Assembly (NCBI GenBank): GCA_002189035.1
Contig: NEEC01000107.1
Location: 62,001-126,000 of the forward strand
DNA from: Utricularia gibba
Taxonomy: Eukaryota > Plantae > Magnoliophyta
DNA length: 64,000 nucleotides
Reading direction: 5' to 3'
A model generated the notes under the pieces. The model was not told the DNA's origin, searched no databases, and saw only the letters and a program-made list of their open reading frames with translations. Position numbers and translations under genes: made by a program. Below are positions 63,701-64,000 of this stretch, piece by piece. Every line of letters starts with the position of its first letter. Within the stretch, counting starts at the first letter, position 1.

Positions 63701-64000
63701 TGAGAAAACCATTTGGGGTGCTCATGACATCCTAACTTCAATAAATGCATCACGATTTTCGTCGAATAGGACCCGATTGGGCTCAGGAGTCGAACCGAAC
63801 CTTGGGTCCGGACGAACTTCCGAAAGCACCCAACCAAAAACGACAAGCTTTTCCTTCAGAAACCATGTAGCAGCTGCCGAAAACCCAACGTTAATAAATG
63901 GATCACTTTTTTTCCCGGGCTACAAATGACTATGGGCCCGAGCCCGACCCGACCTCCGGCCCGATCCTGGTGCCCCTCGAGAGCGCCTCCTCAAATATAA
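57800..64000 (+). repeat. Right terminal variant layer (AATAAA nearly fixed; AATGAAAG, CACCCAACC and AGAAAAATGT markers)
   Basis: TTCAATAAATG is present in all but one monomer (exception ~58145). CAGAAAAATGT occurs at ~59822, 60137, 60447, 60757, 61999, 62305, 62615, 62930 and 63553. Confidence 0.75.

Larger units (their letters stand above)
1..64000 (+). repeat. Tandem satellite DNA array, ~314-bp monomer, ~205-207 head-to-tail copies, single orientation, running off both window ends
   Basis: The motif GCTCATGACATCC recurs at 1, 313, 626, 936, 1248, 1547, 1855 ... 63720. Twenty-nine intervals over the first ~9 kb average ~309 bp. An apparently error-free copy (15560-15873) is 314 bp. I saw no non-repeat sequence or inverted block on reading through. 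Confidence 0.99.

Noticed and set aside
58321-63910. Possible 16-17-monomer higher-order repeat in the terminal layer (TTTTGGGGCTAC at ~58321 and 63295)
   Set aside because: The follow-on markers are offset by 16 and 17 units inconsistently, and the intervening monomer order does not match.
3-63929. Hundreds of 60-234 aa ORFs on both strands (e.g. 13958-14662, 2145-2762, 63124-63735)
   Set aside because: They are the same few peptides re-read from the repeat. The unit length (314) is not a multiple of 3, the longer ORFs arise only where indels happen to bridge stops, and no protein family is recognisable.
1-64000. Rolling-circle concatemer of a ~310-nt circle (viroid-like RNA, eccDNA or RCA artefact)
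   Set aside because: Copies carry linked substitutions organised in regional domains, which a single template copied repeatedly would not give. No hammerhead core (CTGANGA...GAAA) was found on either strand; the nearest is CTGAAGG.
1-64000. 5S rDNA, tRNA or snRNA gene array
   Set aside because: The unit length is compatible, but there is no resemblance to the 5S rRNA coding sequence on either strand. The B-box lacks an A-box and a full cloverleaf, and its spacing is too short for a standard tRNA.
1-64000. CRISPR array
   Set aside because: There are no unique spacers, the whole 314-bp unit repeats, and no cas genes are present.
1-64000. Homopolymer length variants (T6/T7, A5/A6, C2/C3, G3/G4) as biological alleles
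   Set aside because: They are deletion-biased and unlinked to the substitution haplotypes, as is typical of uncorrected long-read error, so I did not use them to define layers.

Overview
The whole 64-kb window is one uninterrupted, head-to-tail tandem array in a single orientation. It is satellite DNA of roughly 205-207 copies of a ~314-bp unit (~51% GC by hand count; observed spacing averages ~309-311 bp because of frequent 1-bp deletions). I found no gene, RNA gene, transposon, CRISPR array or unique sequence, and every ORF in the supplied track is an incidental translation of the repeat. All analysis is by eye. (1) The 314-mer is a diverged dimer of two ~155/159-bp subunits that each begin at a HindIII site. 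(2) One subunit is a nested fold-back. It carries a perfect RNA Pol III B-box (GGTTCGACTCC, minus strand) inside a ~94-nt interval bounded by oligo-T runs, with no convincing A-box. (3) Diagnostic variants are layered symmetrically: ancestral-type monomers at both ends (~1-8.7 kb and ~52-64 kb) flank a derived central expansion that has its own sub-domains and short higher-order repeats. (4) Variants look like CpG and CHG methylation decay, which suggests a plant heterochromatic satellite (inference). (5) Multi-base deletions cluster at the hairpin/B-box segment (53.4-57.3 kb) and at a minus-strand G-quadruplex-like motif (28.9-29.6 kb). The indel spectrum looks like uncorrected long-read (nanopore-type) data, so single-base and deletion variants need confirmation. 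I cannot identify the species or a named satellite family from sequence alone.
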